From Escherichia coli (GTDB lineage: Bacteria > Pseudomonadota > Gammaproteobacteria > Enterobacterales > Enterobacteriaceae): 64,000 bases of DNA. Below, piece by piece: positions 62,887 to 64,000 of the stretch; the first letter of the stretch is position 1; the number at the start of each line of letters is the position of its first letter. The stretch is from the NCBI RefSeq assembly GCF_024502345.1, contig NZ_JALDNN010000001.1. The stretch is one strand, 5' to 3'. The notes under the pieces are model-generated. The model worked only from the letters and a program-made list of their open reading frames with translations, was not told the origin of the DNA and searched no databases. A program made the position numbers and the translations under genes.

Positions 62887-64000
62887 TGTGCTAACTCCAG
62901 AACGGCTTGTGCCGCCTGCTCATCGGCATTGCAGCGGATCTGCTGATGCAGTTCACGGAAGGTATCGTGCATCGCGTGGCTGGTTTTCCCGTTCGCCAAC
63001 AGCGGTAACAGCGCCGCAGCCAGTTTTTGCGGCTCACACTCTCCCTGCAATAATTCTTTGACTAACTCTCTGCCCGCCAGCAGATTTGGCAGCGAGACAT
63101 AATCAGTTTTCACCAGCCGCTTCGCCAACCAGAAGGTAAAAGGCTTCATGCGATATCCCACCACCATCGGGCATTTCGCCAGCATACACTCCAGGGCTGC
63201 CGTACCCGACGCCAGTAGCGCCGCATCGCTGGCGACCATCGCCTCACGGCCCATCCCATCCAGCAAATGAACTGAAAGGTCTGGCGCGACTTCAGCTTTG
63301 ATGCGTTCAAACTGCTCGCGGCGTTTGGCATTCACCAGTGGCACCACGATTTCGAGATCCGGATATGTCTGGCGCAAAAGCTGGGCCGTTTTCAGGAAAT
63401 CGGCACTAAGCATTTCAACTTCTGCACCACGGCTCCCCGGTAGCAACGCCAGGCAGTGGGCATCGTGAGGGATCCCCAGCACATCACGGGCGGCATTTTT
63501 ATCTGGATCTAATGGCATGGCATCAGCCATGGTATGACCGATAAAGCGGCACGGTACGTTGTATTTGTCATAAAACGCTTTTTCGAAAGGCAGAAATGCG
63601 AGCACCAGATCGGTGGCTCTGCCTATTTTGAAAACACGTTTCTGTCGCCACGCCCAGACTGACGGACTGACGTAATGAATGGTTTTGATACCCTGCTTTT
63701 TGAGGTTACCTTCAAGAGTAATATTGAAGTCAGGCGCATCAATACCAACAAAAACATCTGGCTTCAGTTCGCCAAAATGCTTTGTCAGATCGGCACGAAT
63801 ATGCAGTAAGCGACGCAGACGACCGAGCACTTCAACAATGCCCATCACCGCCAGTTCTTCCATTTCGTACCAGGCTTCGCAGCCTTCAGCCTGCATTCGT
63901 GGCCCGGCAACACCAACAAAGCGGGCGTTGGGCACATGTTCTTTCAGAGCGCGGATTAAACCGGCCCCCAGGATATCGCCGGAGGTTTCTCCGGCGACCA
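62883..64000 (-). CDS. lpxB: Lipid-A-disaccharide synthase, 3' part (5' end beyond window)
   Basis: Glycosyltransferase; overlaps rnhB start; ORF runs off the right edge. Confidence 0.95.

Overview
This window is an Escherichia coli chromosomal segment whose backbone, from about 30.1 kb to the end, matches the K-12 aspV-dnaQ-rnhA ... rrnH ... metNIQ-proS ... ldcC-accA-dnaE-rnhB-lpxB region in inverted orientation. A composite genomic island sits at the 3' end of tRNA-Asp (aspV) and runs off the left edge of the window. Reading away from aspV the island contains: (1) a prophage-remnant-like arm with DUF932, antirestriction, RadC-like, DUF987 and a CbeA/CbtA type IV toxin-antitoxin pair; (2) a low-GC module with a decayed type III-restriction-like helicase-nuclease locus; (3) a Tn7-like transposon right end and its tnsA-B-C-D genes plus a fifth TnsE-position gene; (4) IS66/IS21 debris; and (5) about 11.6 kb of high-GC DNA encoding a heat-resistance / protein-quality-control locus (ClpK/ClpG disaggregase, two sHsp20, two YfdX, HdeD, thioredoxin, cardiolipin synthase, a truncated FtsH). 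That locus resembles the described LHR/tLST and lies in the cargo position of the Tn7-like element. No CRISPR array or integrase is present in the window. All assignments are from reading motifs and gene order by eye; no database search or computation was run, and coordinates of RNA genes and adjusted starts may be off by a few bases.
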